From assembly GCA_040218735.1 (NCBI GenBank), contig JAVJQW010000041.1:256001-320000 (forward strand): 64,000 nucleotides of DNA, given 5' to 3'. The notes beneath the pieces were generated by a model. It ran no database searches. It worked only from the letters and a program-made list of their open reading frames with translations, and was not told where the DNA came from. Below are positions 18,649-27,424 of the stretch, in pieces; positions within the stretch are counted from its first letter, which is position 1, and each line of letters opens with the position of its first letter. The position numbers and the translations under genes are program-made. The stretch is from Deltaproteobacteria bacterium. GTDB taxonomy: Bacteria > Myxococcota > Kuafuiibacteriia > Kuafuiibacteriales > Kuafuiibacteriaceae.

Positions 18649-19424
18649 AGGAACGCGTCGTCGCCGTTCGTCACGGTGACGTACACGATCGTGTCGCTCT
18701 TGGTGTTCGCGTCGATCGCAGCGTACGCGGTCTCGAGCGACTCCGCGTGCTGCGGGCTGTACGCGATCACCGAGAGGATCTGCTTCGACCACGCGAACGC
18801 GGGCTTCACGTTCGCGGAGCTCAAGAGGATGTCCGCGAGTTTGTCTTCGAGGAGCGCCTGCGCGTCCGCGACGGGGTAGGGGTCGTCGAAGGGGAACTTC
18901 ACGGCGCGGGTGACGCTGACGCCGATGCGCTCGCCGTCGATCGTCACGACGAGGTCGGTGATCTTGCCCATCATGTCGACGTACTCGACCTCGGTCTCCG
19001 TCCACTCCAACGCCGCGCCCTCGCAGCGCTCGAGCACCTCGTAGGCGAACACCTCCGAGAGCAACGAGCTCCCGCCCGCGTTCCCGTCGCGGATGATCTC
19101 CTGGCCGCCGTCCGTAAGGCGCCCGAAGTCGCCGTCGTCGTAGCCGTCCATCATGAAGTCGATCGCGTTGTCGAGCTTGGAGGACGTCGCGGCGGTCAGC
19201 TCGTCGTCGAGCTCGCCGCACGCTCCGGAGATGACGCCGAAGCCCTCCGGCTCCGTACCGGCGTCGCGCTCGCCACCGTCGCGCGCACCGGCGTCGACGG
19301 AACCGGCGTCCAGGGGACCGCCGTCCACCACCGCGCCGCCGTCGCGGTCCGCGGGGGCGGTGTCCTCACCCGCGCACCCCGCGAGCAGGAGCAGGAGCGG
19401 GAGAGCTAAGCGACGAGCGCCCAT
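18642..19424 (-). CDS. Lipoprotein with AAC4-like (nuclease-fold-like) domain
   Basis: Start ATG 19424, lipobox LAGC, DAG linker, then 'NAGGSSLLSE', 'TETEVEY', 'GKITD' and 'IGVSVTRA'. Confidence 0.7.
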   Translation of the reverse strand: MGARRLALPLLLLLAGCAGEDTAPADRDGGAVVDGGPLDAGSVDAGARDGGERDAGTEPEGFGVISGACGELDDELTAATSSKLDNAIDFMMDGYDDGDFGRLTDGGQEIIRDGNAGGSSLLSEVFAYEVLERCEGAALEWTETEVEYVDMMGKITDLVVTIDGERIGVSVTRAVKFPFDDPYPVADAQALLEDKLADILLSSANVKPAFAWSKQILSVIAYSPQHAESLETAYAAIDANTKSDTIVYVTVTNGDDAFLY

Positions 19425-20377
19425 GATCCCGCGAAGTGTACGGCGGTCGCGACCGCGAGCGGTACCGAGAAGTTGTCGTCGACGCGCACCGTGAACAGCT
19501 CCGCGATCGCCCCCGCGATCGCCGCGGCGCCCGCGAGCGCGAACACCGAGGACAGCGGGAGCGCCGTCGTGAACACGAGGTACACGGACGCCACGATCAA
19601 CGCTGCGCCAAAGAACGCCGACGTCCCGACGAGGCTCTTGCCGCGGAACAGCTTGGTGCGTCCGTAAGCACGTCCGAGGTTCGACGCGATCGGATCTGCG
19701 AACCCGAGCACCACGCAGGCCACCTCGACCGGCAACTTCGCGTACAAGCCGATGCTCAGCAGCAACCCGAACGCGTACCAGGTCGACGAGTTGATGCCGT
19801 GGTACTCGTGCGGCCGCGCGATGCGCCGCAGGAGCGGGATGCCCATCAGGAAGTCGTTCGCCGAAGCAAATCGGTGGCGCACGATCTCCAACCCCGCACC
19901 TCCGCCCGCGACGCAGACCATGACCCACACGGCCTGCTCGGCGGTGAGGAGGAAGTGGAGGATCAACGCCGCGCCGAGGCCGCCGGCGACGTGGAAGACG
20001 TTGCGCGCGTAGTTCTTCGGCGTGAGGCGTCGGACGGGGAGGTCGAGGCGCTCCGGGAGGGTCTCCACGGCGCGCGCGATCTGGTCGTAGTTCTTGGCGA
20101 GCGCCCCGTACAGCCGCCGCCCTTGCTCCGCCCCGGCCGAGGACGCGAGCGCCGTGGCCAGCTCCTCCAGCGTGACACTCGCCGACGCCAGCGCCTCCTC
20201 CAGCCGCTCGTGCGCGGCCTCCTTCGTGAGGCGCCCGCGGAGCGTTTCCAGCTCGGCGGCGAGGGCGCGACAGCGGGCTTCCGCCTGCTCCCTCAGCGTA
20301 TCCCAACGGGCTTCGGCCGGGTCGAGGAGGAGCACGATCTGGGAGAGCTCGTGCATCGAGGGCGCGATCGCCTGCAT
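19406..20377 (-). CDS. CTP-dependent diacylglycerol/phytol/dolichol kinase family membrane protein with N-terminal coiled coil
   Basis: 'RNVFH', 'RPHE', 'LGFADPIAS.LGR.YG', 'GKSLVGT' and 'AE...DDNF..P'. Confidence 0.85.
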   Translation of the reverse strand: MQAIAPSMHELSQIVLLLDPAEARWDTLREQAEARCRALAAELETLRGRLTKEAAHERLEEALASASVTLEELATALASSAGAEQGRRLYGALAKNYDQIARAVETLPERLDLPVRRLTPKNYARNVFHVAGGLGAALILHFLLTAEQAVWVMVCVAGGGAGLEIVRHRFASANDFLMGIPLLRRIARPHEYHGINSSTWYAFGLLLSIGLYAKLPVEVACVVLGFADPIASNLGRAYGRTKLFRGKSLVGTSAFFGAALIVASVYLVFTTALPLSSVFALAGAAAIAGAIAELFTVRVDDNFSVPLAVATAVHFAGSWALVA

Positions 20378-20462
20378 GGCGACGTCACGGTCTGGCACGG
20401 GGAACCGCGCGTCAAGCGCGAGCGTTCCCAGGTGCTGCGAACGCGCGTATGTTGAGACGGTG

Positions 20463-22013
20463 ATGCGTTGGTCGAATGCGGCGTTGGTCGTGCTTTGCGT
20501 CGGTTGTGCCTCCGAGCCGGAGGACCTCCTCGATGCGCCGCCGCCGCCGCCGCCCGCGGTCTGCACGCTCCCCGAGCTGGGACGCCTCGAACTGGGCCAC
20601 AGCGAAGACCTCGAGGTCGCGGCGGATCGCGTGGGGCGCAACGGCGAGCTTCGTGGCGTCGACTTCTCGCTCGAAGGTGTCTTCGCCGAGCACGACACGA
20701 TGCTCCCGAACCCGTGCTGCGACGGACCGCTGTGTCTTCACGCCGAGCTCGGCATCGTCCCGGACGTCGACACCGCGGAGCCCGTGCGCGTCGTGCGCGT
20801 GGGTGTGAACCTCGCGGACCCGGAGGAGGAGATCGTCGAGGTACGGCGCAACCTCTTCGTCGCGGTCGACCTCTCCGCATCGCTCCGCACACCGGAGTCG
20901 ACCGACCTGATCCGTCGAGTGCTCGGCGGCCTGATCGACGGCCTGCACCCCGAAGATCGGCTCTCGCTGATCACGTTCCGCAACCAACCGCGCATCGAGG
21001 TCGACCTCGCCGAGGTCGGCGACGACCGGGCCGCGCTGCACACCGCGGTGTCCGAGCTCGAGTTCGGCGGCGCGACGAACCTGTGGGGAGGGCTCGAAGG
21101 GGCGCTGTTCCTCGCGGTCACCAACTTCGACGCGGAGCGAGAGAACCGCGTCCTGCTGATCACCGACGGCCGCCCGACGTGGGGCGTGAGCAACGCGGAA
21201 GAGGTGGTGCGCGAGACGTACGGCTTCGTGCGCCAGGGCGTGCTGTTGTCGATCGTCGGCGTCGGTGACGCGCAGGTCGACACCCTCACACGGCGCGTCG
21301 GCGGCGCGGCCGATGGCTTGTTCCACTCCATCCTCGACGCGGAAGACGCCGACACCTTCGTCGCGGCGCAGCTCGCGAGCACGTGGCGCGCGATCGCGAA
21401 GGACCTCGCGCTGGAGATCACCCGGACGGGTGCGTTCGAGGTGGACGTCGGGGGCGTCGACGCGAGCCGGTGGGACGGCGCTCGAATGCGCTTGGAGCGC
21501 CCGGTGCTGCTCCAAGGCCCGGACGGTGCGCTGCGCACGCCGGGCCACGGCGACGGCGGCGGCAGCATGGTCACGCTGCGCCTCGACGGCGGCCTCGCGG
21601 CGGGGGAGCGCCTGTTCGCGACGCGCCTGGTGTTCGAGCGCGGCGAAGAAGAATTCGAGCAACGCATCGAGGTCGCGGTGGACTTCGACACCGCGGCGCC
21701 GCCCATGGATGCGTACTTCGACAGCCCCGAGATGGAGTACGCCACGCTCGTCGACGACATCGGGCGACGCATGGTGCAAGCTGGCTTGCACTTCGATCGC
21801 CACGAACACAGCCTCGCGCTCGACGCCCTCTACGCGGCGCGCGCGCGCATCGACGGGTGGAACGCGGTGCACGGTCCTCGCGCGGATCTCGACGCGACGC
21901 TCCAGGTGCTGGAGCGAGCGATCGGCGAGTACGAGTCCGACGAGGTCGAGCCCACGAAGCCGGCGCCGGGGCCGGCGTGGCCGTCCGACGGCGTCATGCC
22001 CGGGATGCAGTAG
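20463..22013 (+). CDS. vWA domain lipoprotein
   Basis: Lipobox CVGC, MIDAS 'DLSAS', 'GGATNL..GL' and 'LLITDG'. An in-frame GTG at 20460 is an alternative start. Confidence 0.85.
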   Translation: MRWSNAALVVLCVGCASEPEDLLDAPPPPPPAVCTLPELGRLELGHSEDLEVAADRVGRNGELRGVDFSLEGVFAEHDTMLPNPCCDGPLCLHAELGIVPDVDTAEPVRVVRVGVNLADPEEEIVEVRRNLFVAVDLSASLRTPESTDLIRRVLGGLIDGLHPEDRLSLITFRNQPRIEVDLAEVGDDRAALHTAVSELEFGGATNLWGGLEGALFLAVTNFDAERENRVLLITDGRPTWGVSNAEEVVRETYGFVRQGVLLSIVGVGDAQVDTLTRRVGGAADGLFHSILDAEDADTFVAAQLASTWRAIAKDLALEITRTGAFEVDVGGVDASRWDGARMRLERPVLLQGPDGALRTPGHGDGGGSMVTLRLDGGLAAGERLFATRLVFERGEEEFEQRIEVAVDFDTAAPPMDAYFDSPEMEYATLVDDIGRRMVQAGLHFDRHEHSLALDALYAARARIDGWNAVHGPRADLDATLQVLERAIGEYESDEVEPTKPAPGPAWPSDGVMPGMQ

Positions 22014-23432
22014 TCAGCCCGCGAGCCGGAGCGAGCGCTTCGCGCTGCGCGGCATGCGGTTGTGCGCGTCCAGCGCGGCGACCTTGTAGGCCTCGGCGAG
22101 CGTCGGGTAGTTGAAGACGTTCTCCAGGAAGTAGTCGAGCGTCCCGTCGAGGTTCAGGACCGCCTGGCCGATGTGGATGAGCTCCGTCGCGCCTTCGCCG
22201 AGGATGTGCACGCCGAGGACGCGGCGATCCTCGAGCGCGACGATCAGCTTCAGGAGGCCCGAGTCGAGCCCGAGGATCTGGCCGCGCGCGATCTCGCGGA
22301 GGCGCGCGACGCCGACCTCGTAGCCGACGCCCTCTTCGCGGAGCTGCTGCTCCGTCTTGCCGACCATGCTGATCTCGGGGACCGCGTAGATGCCGAATGG
22401 GAACTGCGAGCTCGTCGAGCAGGAGTCCGCGCCGAACGCGTGGCACGCGGCGAGGCGGCCTTGCTCCATCGACGTGGACGCGAGGCTCGGGAAGCCGATC
22501 ACGTCGCCCGCCGCGTAGATGTGCGGGACCTCGGTGCGGAAGGCGCCGTCCACGGCGAGGCGCCCGCGGTCGTCGGCGTTGAGGCCGGCCGCGTGCAGGT
22601 CGAGCCCGCCGGTGTTGCCCACGCGGCCCGCGGTGACGAGGGCGACGTCGGTGTGGACTTCGCGGCCGCTCGCGAGACGGGTGATGACGCGGCCGCCGCT
22701 CTTCTCGAGCGTGGCGACCTCTTCGCCGAGCCGGAGCGTGACGCCGCGGTCGCGGAAGAGGGCGATGAAGGTGTCGACGATCTCTTGGTCGACGAAGTCG
22801 AGCATCGACGCGCGGCTGTCGACGAGGGTCACGCGCACGTCGAGCGCCGCGAAGATCGACGCGTACTCCACGCCGATCACGCCGGCGCCGACGATCACCA
22901 TGCTGCGCGGGAGCTCTTCGAGGCGGAGGACGTCGTCGCTGTCCATCACGACGCGGCCGTCGAATTGGAAGCAGTCCGGGTGTCGGGGGCGGGTGCCGGT
23001 GGCGACGAGGATCTTGTCGCCCTCCACCGTGGAGCTGCCGGTCTCGTCCTCGATCACCATGCGGTGCGGGCCGACGAAGCGCGCGAGGCCGCCGAGGACC
23101 TCCACGCCGTTGCGCGCGAGCTGGTCACGGACGATCTCCACCTCGTGCTCGACGGTGATCGCGAGGCGCTCGGTGAGGTCCTTCGCTTCGATGTCCTGCT
23201 TGAGCCGGTGCCCGCGCCCGTAGAAGGTGCGCTGCTTGAAACCGGAGAGGTAGAGCACGGCCTCGCGGAGGGTCTTGCTCGGGATGGTCCCGGTGTGCGT
23301 CGAGACGCCGCCGAGGCTCATCTTCCGTTCGACGAGCGCGACGCGGTGGCCCAGCTTGGCGGCTTGGATCGCCGCCTTCTGGCCCGCGGGGCCGCTCCCG
23401 ACGACGACGAAGTCGTATTTCGATCGCACCAT
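22014..23432 (-). CDS. sthA: Soluble pyridine nucleotide transhydrogenase
   Basis: GSGPAG, 'GGVSTHTGTIPSKTLRE' (no redox disulfide), 'IGFPSLAS.SMEQGR' and 'FNYPTLAEAYKVAA'. Confidence 0.93.
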   Translation of the reverse strand: MVRSKYDFVVVGSGPAGQKAAIQAAKLGHRVALVERKMSLGGVSTHTGTIPSKTLREAVLYLSGFKQRTFYGRGHRLKQDIEAKDLTERLAITVEHEVEIVRDQLARNGVEVLGGLARFVGPHRMVIEDETGSSTVEGDKILVATGTRPRHPDCFQFDGRVVMDSDDVLRLEELPRSMVIVGAGVIGVEYASIFAALDVRVTLVDSRASMLDFVDQEIVDTFIALFRDRGVTLRLGEEVATLEKSGGRVITRLASGREVHTDVALVTAGRVGNTGGLDLHAAGLNADDRGRLAVDGAFRTEVPHIYAAGDVIGFPSLASTSMEQGRLAACHAFGADSCSTSSQFPFGIYAVPEISMVGKTEQQLREEGVGYEVGVARLREIARGQILGLDSGLLKLIVALEDRRVLGVHILGEGATELIHIGQAVLNLDGTLDYFLENVFNYPTLAEAYKVAALDAHNRMPRSAKRSLRLAG

Positions 23433-23494
23433 GGCAGGGGATCGAATCGACCGTCGGGCCCCTACGCAGTAACCCGGTGCCTCGTTTCGAAACG

Positions 23495-23947
23495 TCAGTC
23501 CTGAAAAGCGGTCGACACCGCGATGTGCCAGCCGTCGTCGCCGCGGATGAACACACGCTCCGAGAGGCCCTCGGTCGTCACGCCCTTGATGGTCACGGCG
23601 TAGCGGTAAGCGCCGTACACGACGCCGGGTGCGACGGCGTGCACGACGAGGTCCTTCGCGACGAGGGACTCCGGCCACTCGGACGCGACGGACGAGGTCT
23701 GTGCGGCGAACGCTTCGAAGCCGAGCTTCGTGCCTTCGGCGCCGGCGCGGATCAGGCCATCGTCCTGGCGGTAACACGCGAGGTACGCGTCGCGGTCCTT
23801 GTCCTGGATCGCCTGAATGTTTCGCTCGAAGAGCGCCTTCGCGGCGGCGAGATCCTCCTCGACCGTCGGGGCCGCGGGGGCCGGCGGCGGCGCGGGCGGG
23901 GTGGAGGCGCAGGCGCAGAGCATCAGGAGCGCGAAGTACCGTTTCAC
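23495..23947 (-). CDS. NTF2-like / SnoaL-like lipoprotein
   Basis: GTG start, lipobox LCAC, 'AIQDKDRDAYLACY' and a C-terminal 'RVF...DGWHI'. Confidence 0.7.
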   Translation of the reverse strand: MKRYFALLMLCACASTPPAPPPAPAAPTVEEDLAAAKALFERNIQAIQDKDRDAYLACYRQDDGLIRAGAEGTKLGFEAFAAQTSSVASEWPESLVAKDLVVHAVAPGVVYGAYRYAVTIKGVTTEGLSERVFIRGDDGWHIAVSTAFQD

Positions 23948-23966
23948 GCCGCCCCCTCTAACCGAC

Positions 23967-25232
23967 TCAACCCGGGAGGACAAACGTGTGTTCGAGGAGG
24001 ACGGTGTCTTCGGCGTCTCGACCCGTGAGCCGGACCTCGATCTCGTGCGTGCGGTCCTCGACTTCGACGAGTCCAAACTGCCCGCGCCCCACCGCGACGC
24101 CGTGGCTGTAGGGGCCGCCCTTTTCGGAGCCGCCCTGGTCGAGCGCGGCGACGTGGAACACCGGGAACTGCGCGTGGCCGGCGTGGCCGTAGCGGTTGTT
24201 GCGGCCGTCGTCGATCGCGAGCATGTGGGCGTCGCCCGCGAGCATGAGGACGTTGTCGATGCCGTGCTCCGCGAGGAACAGCGCGAGCTCGGCGCGCTCC
24301 CCCGGGTAGCCGGGCCAGGCGTCGTCGTCGAGCGTGGCGCCGATCCACCCGACCGGGCTGACCCACACCACCAGCGCGTAGCGGCCCTTGCTCGCGAGGA
24401 GCTCCTCCTTGAGCCACGCCTTCTGTTTGGCGCCGAGCATCGTGCGGTAGCGGTGCGCGACGCCGCGTGGGGTGCGTTGGGATCGGCAGTCCGTCATCAA
24501 GAAGCGGACGCGCCCGACGGTGAACGCGTGGAAGACGCCGGTCTCGGAGATCAGCGGGTGGTGCGGGACACACGCGCGGTACGCGGCGTTGGCGGCGTTG
24601 CGGCTCGCGGACGTGCGGTCGGAGTTGTTGCGTCCGAAGTCGTGGTCGTCCCAGACGTACGCGACGGGGACCTCGCGGTAGAGGCTCGACTGCGACTTGC
24701 TCGTGAGCACCACGTCGTACGCGGCGCGGAAGCGCGCCTCGGAGTCTTCGTCGATGTCTTCGTAGTGGAGGTCGCCGAGCTGCACGAACACGCGCGGATC
24801 GTGACGGCGCATCGTCTCGAACACGGGGTGCGCGCTGCCGGTTTCGCAGCAGCTCCCCGCGACGAATTTGAACGACGTCGGTCGTTCTTCCGGGAACGTT
24901 CGCACCGCACCGATCCACTCCGCGCCGGTGTCCGCGCGGACGTGCAACGGGTAGCGGCGGTCGGCGTCGAGGTCGGTGAGCTCGAACGTGAAGACGCCGC
25001 GATCGTCGCGCCGCACGGGCGAGACATGTCGGTCACGGTCGACTTCGAGTGTGGCGTCGACAGCACCCTCGAAACGCGTCACGACCTTCGCGCCGCTCGT
25101 CGTGACCGCGCCGGTCCAACCCCACGACAGGCGCGGCGGGAGCGTCGACGGCACCGTACGGCAGCCTACGGCCGCGATCGCGGCGGCCCCGAGCACCTGA
25201 CGACGCGTCGTGCGCACGCGGCTCGAAATCAT
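23967..25232 (-). CDS. phoD: Alkaline phosphatase D family protein, Tat-exported
   Basis: 'TRRQVLG' Tat signal, 'GSC', 'LGDLHY.D', 'WDDHDFG.N' and 'LAGDAH'. Confidence 0.9.
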   Translation of the reverse strand: MISSRVRTTRRQVLGAAAIAAVGCRTVPSTLPPRLSWGWTGAVTTSGAKVVTRFEGAVDATLEVDRDRHVSPVRRDDRGVFTFELTDLDADRRYPLHVRADTGAEWIGAVRTFPEERPTSFKFVAGSCCETGSAHPVFETMRRHDPRVFVQLGDLHYEDIDEDSEARFRAAYDVVLTSKSQSSLYREVPVAYVWDDHDFGRNNSDRTSASRNAANAAYRACVPHHPLISETGVFHAFTVGRVRFLMTDCRSQRTPRGVAHRYRTMLGAKQKAWLKEELLASKGRYALVVWVSPVGWIGATLDDDAWPGYPGERAELALFLAEHGIDNVLMLAGDAHMLAIDDGRNNRYGHAGHAQFPVFHVAALDQGGSEKGGPYSHGVAVGRGQFGLVEVEDRTHEIEVRLTGRDAEDTVLLEHTFVLPG

Positions 25233-25386
25233 TCGGAGTCGGACTGGGTCAACTCGTGTCCCGACCCGTCCGTCCAGCGGCGCGCGCTCGACTGACGGAC
25301 AGTACAAAGATCCGTGAGCAAACTCGGTGAGTTGTGGCTGAAGCGCGTATTGACGCTACACGCGGCTGAAACGCTACCGTGAACGC

Positions 25387-26589
25387 GTGAAGTCGAAGCT
25401 CGCCCACCCCGGTTTGTTCCTCGTCGCCGTCCTCGCCTGCGTGCCGGATCCCATCCAGCCGTCGAGCCCGGTCGTGCGTGATCCCAACGCTCCGTCGAAC
25501 CCGTCGAACCCGAGCGACGACCCGATGGACACGAAAAAGCCCGTCGACAAACCGGCCGTCGTCACGTCGCTGGTGATCACCCCCGCGGAGGTTTCGTTGG
25601 CCGCCGGAGAGTCGGTCACGCTCACCGCGTCGGCGACCTACGACGACGACACGATCGCCGACGTCACCGCCGACGTGACGTGGGGCGTGAGCGACGGTGC
25701 GCTCGGAGTGTTCGACGCTGCGCCCGGGATGTTCCGCGCGACGGCCGAAGGTGTCGCGACGATCAGCGCGACACACCCGTCGGCGTCGGCGTCCATCGTC
25801 GTTCCGATCACGCCGCCGGTGCTGACTTCGCTTCGCCTGGATACGACCGCGCCATCGCCCGTCGTGCTCGGCAAGGGCGAGACGCTCCAGCTCGAAGTCG
25901 TCGGCGTGTACGGCGACGGGACCGAGGAGTCGCTGACGGACGTCGTCGCGTACGGCGCGACGACGACCGCGGTGACCGTCGATGCGCGTGGGCTGGTGAC
26001 CGCGGTCGGGCTCGGTCCGGCGACCGTCGTCGCGACGCACGAATCGCTGGAGGCCACGCTCGATCTCGAAGTGCAGTGCGCCTACCCGCCGGGTGCGCCG
26101 ACTTCGATTCGCAACGGACAGATGGTCCCGAACCTCTCCTGGTCCACCGTCTACGACGCGTCCGGAAACGAGGTCGAGTTCGACCTCGAGTCGGCGTACT
26201 GCGGCGCGCCCGGATTCGAAGGGGTGAAGTCGATCGTCTTCGTCATCGGCGCCGGGTGGTGCCCGTACTGCCCCGACTACATGCGCAACGTGAACAACCG
26301 CTTCGCCGACATCGAGGCCGCGGGGGGCATGGTCGTCTACGTGGAGATCGAGGACTCCGGTCGCCGCCCCGCCGGCAGCGACTACGCGCTCGACCACATC
26401 AACGACATCATCGGCGCGGGGCCCGGCCTCCGCGTGGGCGACGGGGACACCAACCCCTCCCGCGCGATCGGGCGCGCGAGCTTCGTGACGTCGCTCCCGA
26501 ACCAGTTCGTGGTCCGCACGAGCGACATGAGTGTGATCGACACCGGGCAGACCAGCATGACGAACCTCCTGCGGCTGATCGATCTGTAG
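25387..26589 (+). CDS. Lipoprotein with two Ig-like (Big_2) domains and a C-terminal thioredoxin-like domain
   Basis: Lipobox VLAC, repeated 'DVT..VTW'/'GLVTAVG.G.ATV.ATH', 'AGWCPYC' and cis-Pro-like 'SLP'. Confidence 0.8.
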   Translation: MKSKLAHPGLFLVAVLACVPDPIQPSSPVVRDPNAPSNPSNPSDDPMDTKKPVDKPAVVTSLVITPAEVSLAAGESVTLTASATYDDDTIADVTADVTWGVSDGALGVFDAAPGMFRATAEGVATISATHPSASASIVVPITPPVLTSLRLDTTAPSPVVLGKGETLQLEVVGVYGDGTEESLTDVVAYGATTTAVTVDARGLVTAVGLGPATVVATHESLEATLDLEVQCAYPPGAPTSIRNGQMVPNLSWSTVYDASGNEVEFDLESAYCGAPGFEGVKSIVFVIGAGWCPYCPDYMRNVNNRFADIEAAGGMVVYVEIEDSGRRPAGSDYALDHINDIIGAGPGLRVGDGDTNPSRAIGRASFVTSLPNQFVVRTSDMSVIDTGQTSMTNLLRLIDL

Positions 26590-26628
26590 GCTGGACGACG
26601 GCCCGCCGACGCGGTCCTATGGCGCCCG

Positions 26629-26928
26629 ATGAAGACTGCGATCGGACGTCTGCGCACCATCGGCATGATCGAAGGTGTGTCCTTCCTGGTGCTCCTCGGA
26701 ATCGCGATGCCGCTGAAGTACCTCGCCGGCCAACCGATGGCGGTGAAGATCGTGGGTTGGATCCACGGTGTCCTCTTCGTGGCGTTCTGCTACGCGCTGC
26801 TGCGCGCGAAGATCGAGAAGAACTGGGGCATCAAGGAGACCGCCATCCCCTTCATCGCTTCACTCGTCCCGTTCGGGCCGTTCGTGATCGACCGGCGCCT
26901 GAAGTCCATGGAAGACGATGCCGCCTGA
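26629..26928 (+). CDS. DUF3817 family integral membrane protein
   Basis: 'EGVSFLVLL.IAMPLKY', 'G.IHG.LF' and 'PFGPF'. Confidence 0.88.
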   Translation: MKTAIGRLRTIGMIEGVSFLVLLGIAMPLKYLAGQPMAVKIVGWIHGVLFVAFCYALLRAKIEKNWGIKETAIPFIASLVPFGPFVIDRRLKSMEDDAA

Positions 26929-27424
26929 GCTCGACGCCGACGCCGACGCCCACCCGCTCGTCGCCACGCCGACGATCCTGAAGGCCGGCGCGAACCGGCT
27001 GCCCGGACCGGCGGGAGAGCGACGCCCCACCGGTACCTTCGGCCGTCGCAGCACCGAGACCATGCTCGCGATCGGCGAGGCGATCTTCTCGACCTCCGAC
27101 CGCCCGTGTCCTCCTGACCGCATCGACTACCTGCGCCGCGAGCTCTGTGACCTCATGGGGCGGGCCGCGCCGCGCGGTCGTCTCCTGTTCAAGCTCGGTG
27201 CGTTCGCGGTGTCGGTGCTCGCGCCGCTCCTCGTCGGGCGGCTCCCGCCGTTTCGTCGACTGCCGCTCGACGTGCGCATCGCGGCGCTGCGGAAGATGGA
27301 AGCGCGCCCGATCGGCGCGGTGCTGATCGCCCTGCGCGCGGTGTTGTGCCTGCTCTACTACGAGCACCCGGACGCCGCGGCGGAGATCGGGGTCCGCGTC
27401 ACGGAGGGAGGGCGCCTCCAGTGA
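26918..27424 (+). CDS. Accessory subunit of GMC oxidoreductase (gluconate dehydrogenase subunit 3-like)
   Basis: 'F..LP...R...L' and 'L.YYEHP....IG'. Stop overlaps the GMC start. Confidence 0.6.
   Translation: MPPELDADADAHPLVATPTILKAGANRLPGPAGERRPTGTFGRRSTETMLAIGEAIFSTSDRPCPPDRIDYLRRELCDLMGRAAPRGRLLFKLGAFAVSVLAPLLVGRLPPFRRLPLDVRIAALRKMEARPIGAVLIALRAVLCLLYYEHPDAAAEIGVRVTEGGRLQ

Noticed and set aside
20393-20408. TGGCACG as a sigma54 promoter for the vWA lipoprotein
   Set aside because: There is no GC at the GG-N10 position, so the spacing is wrong.
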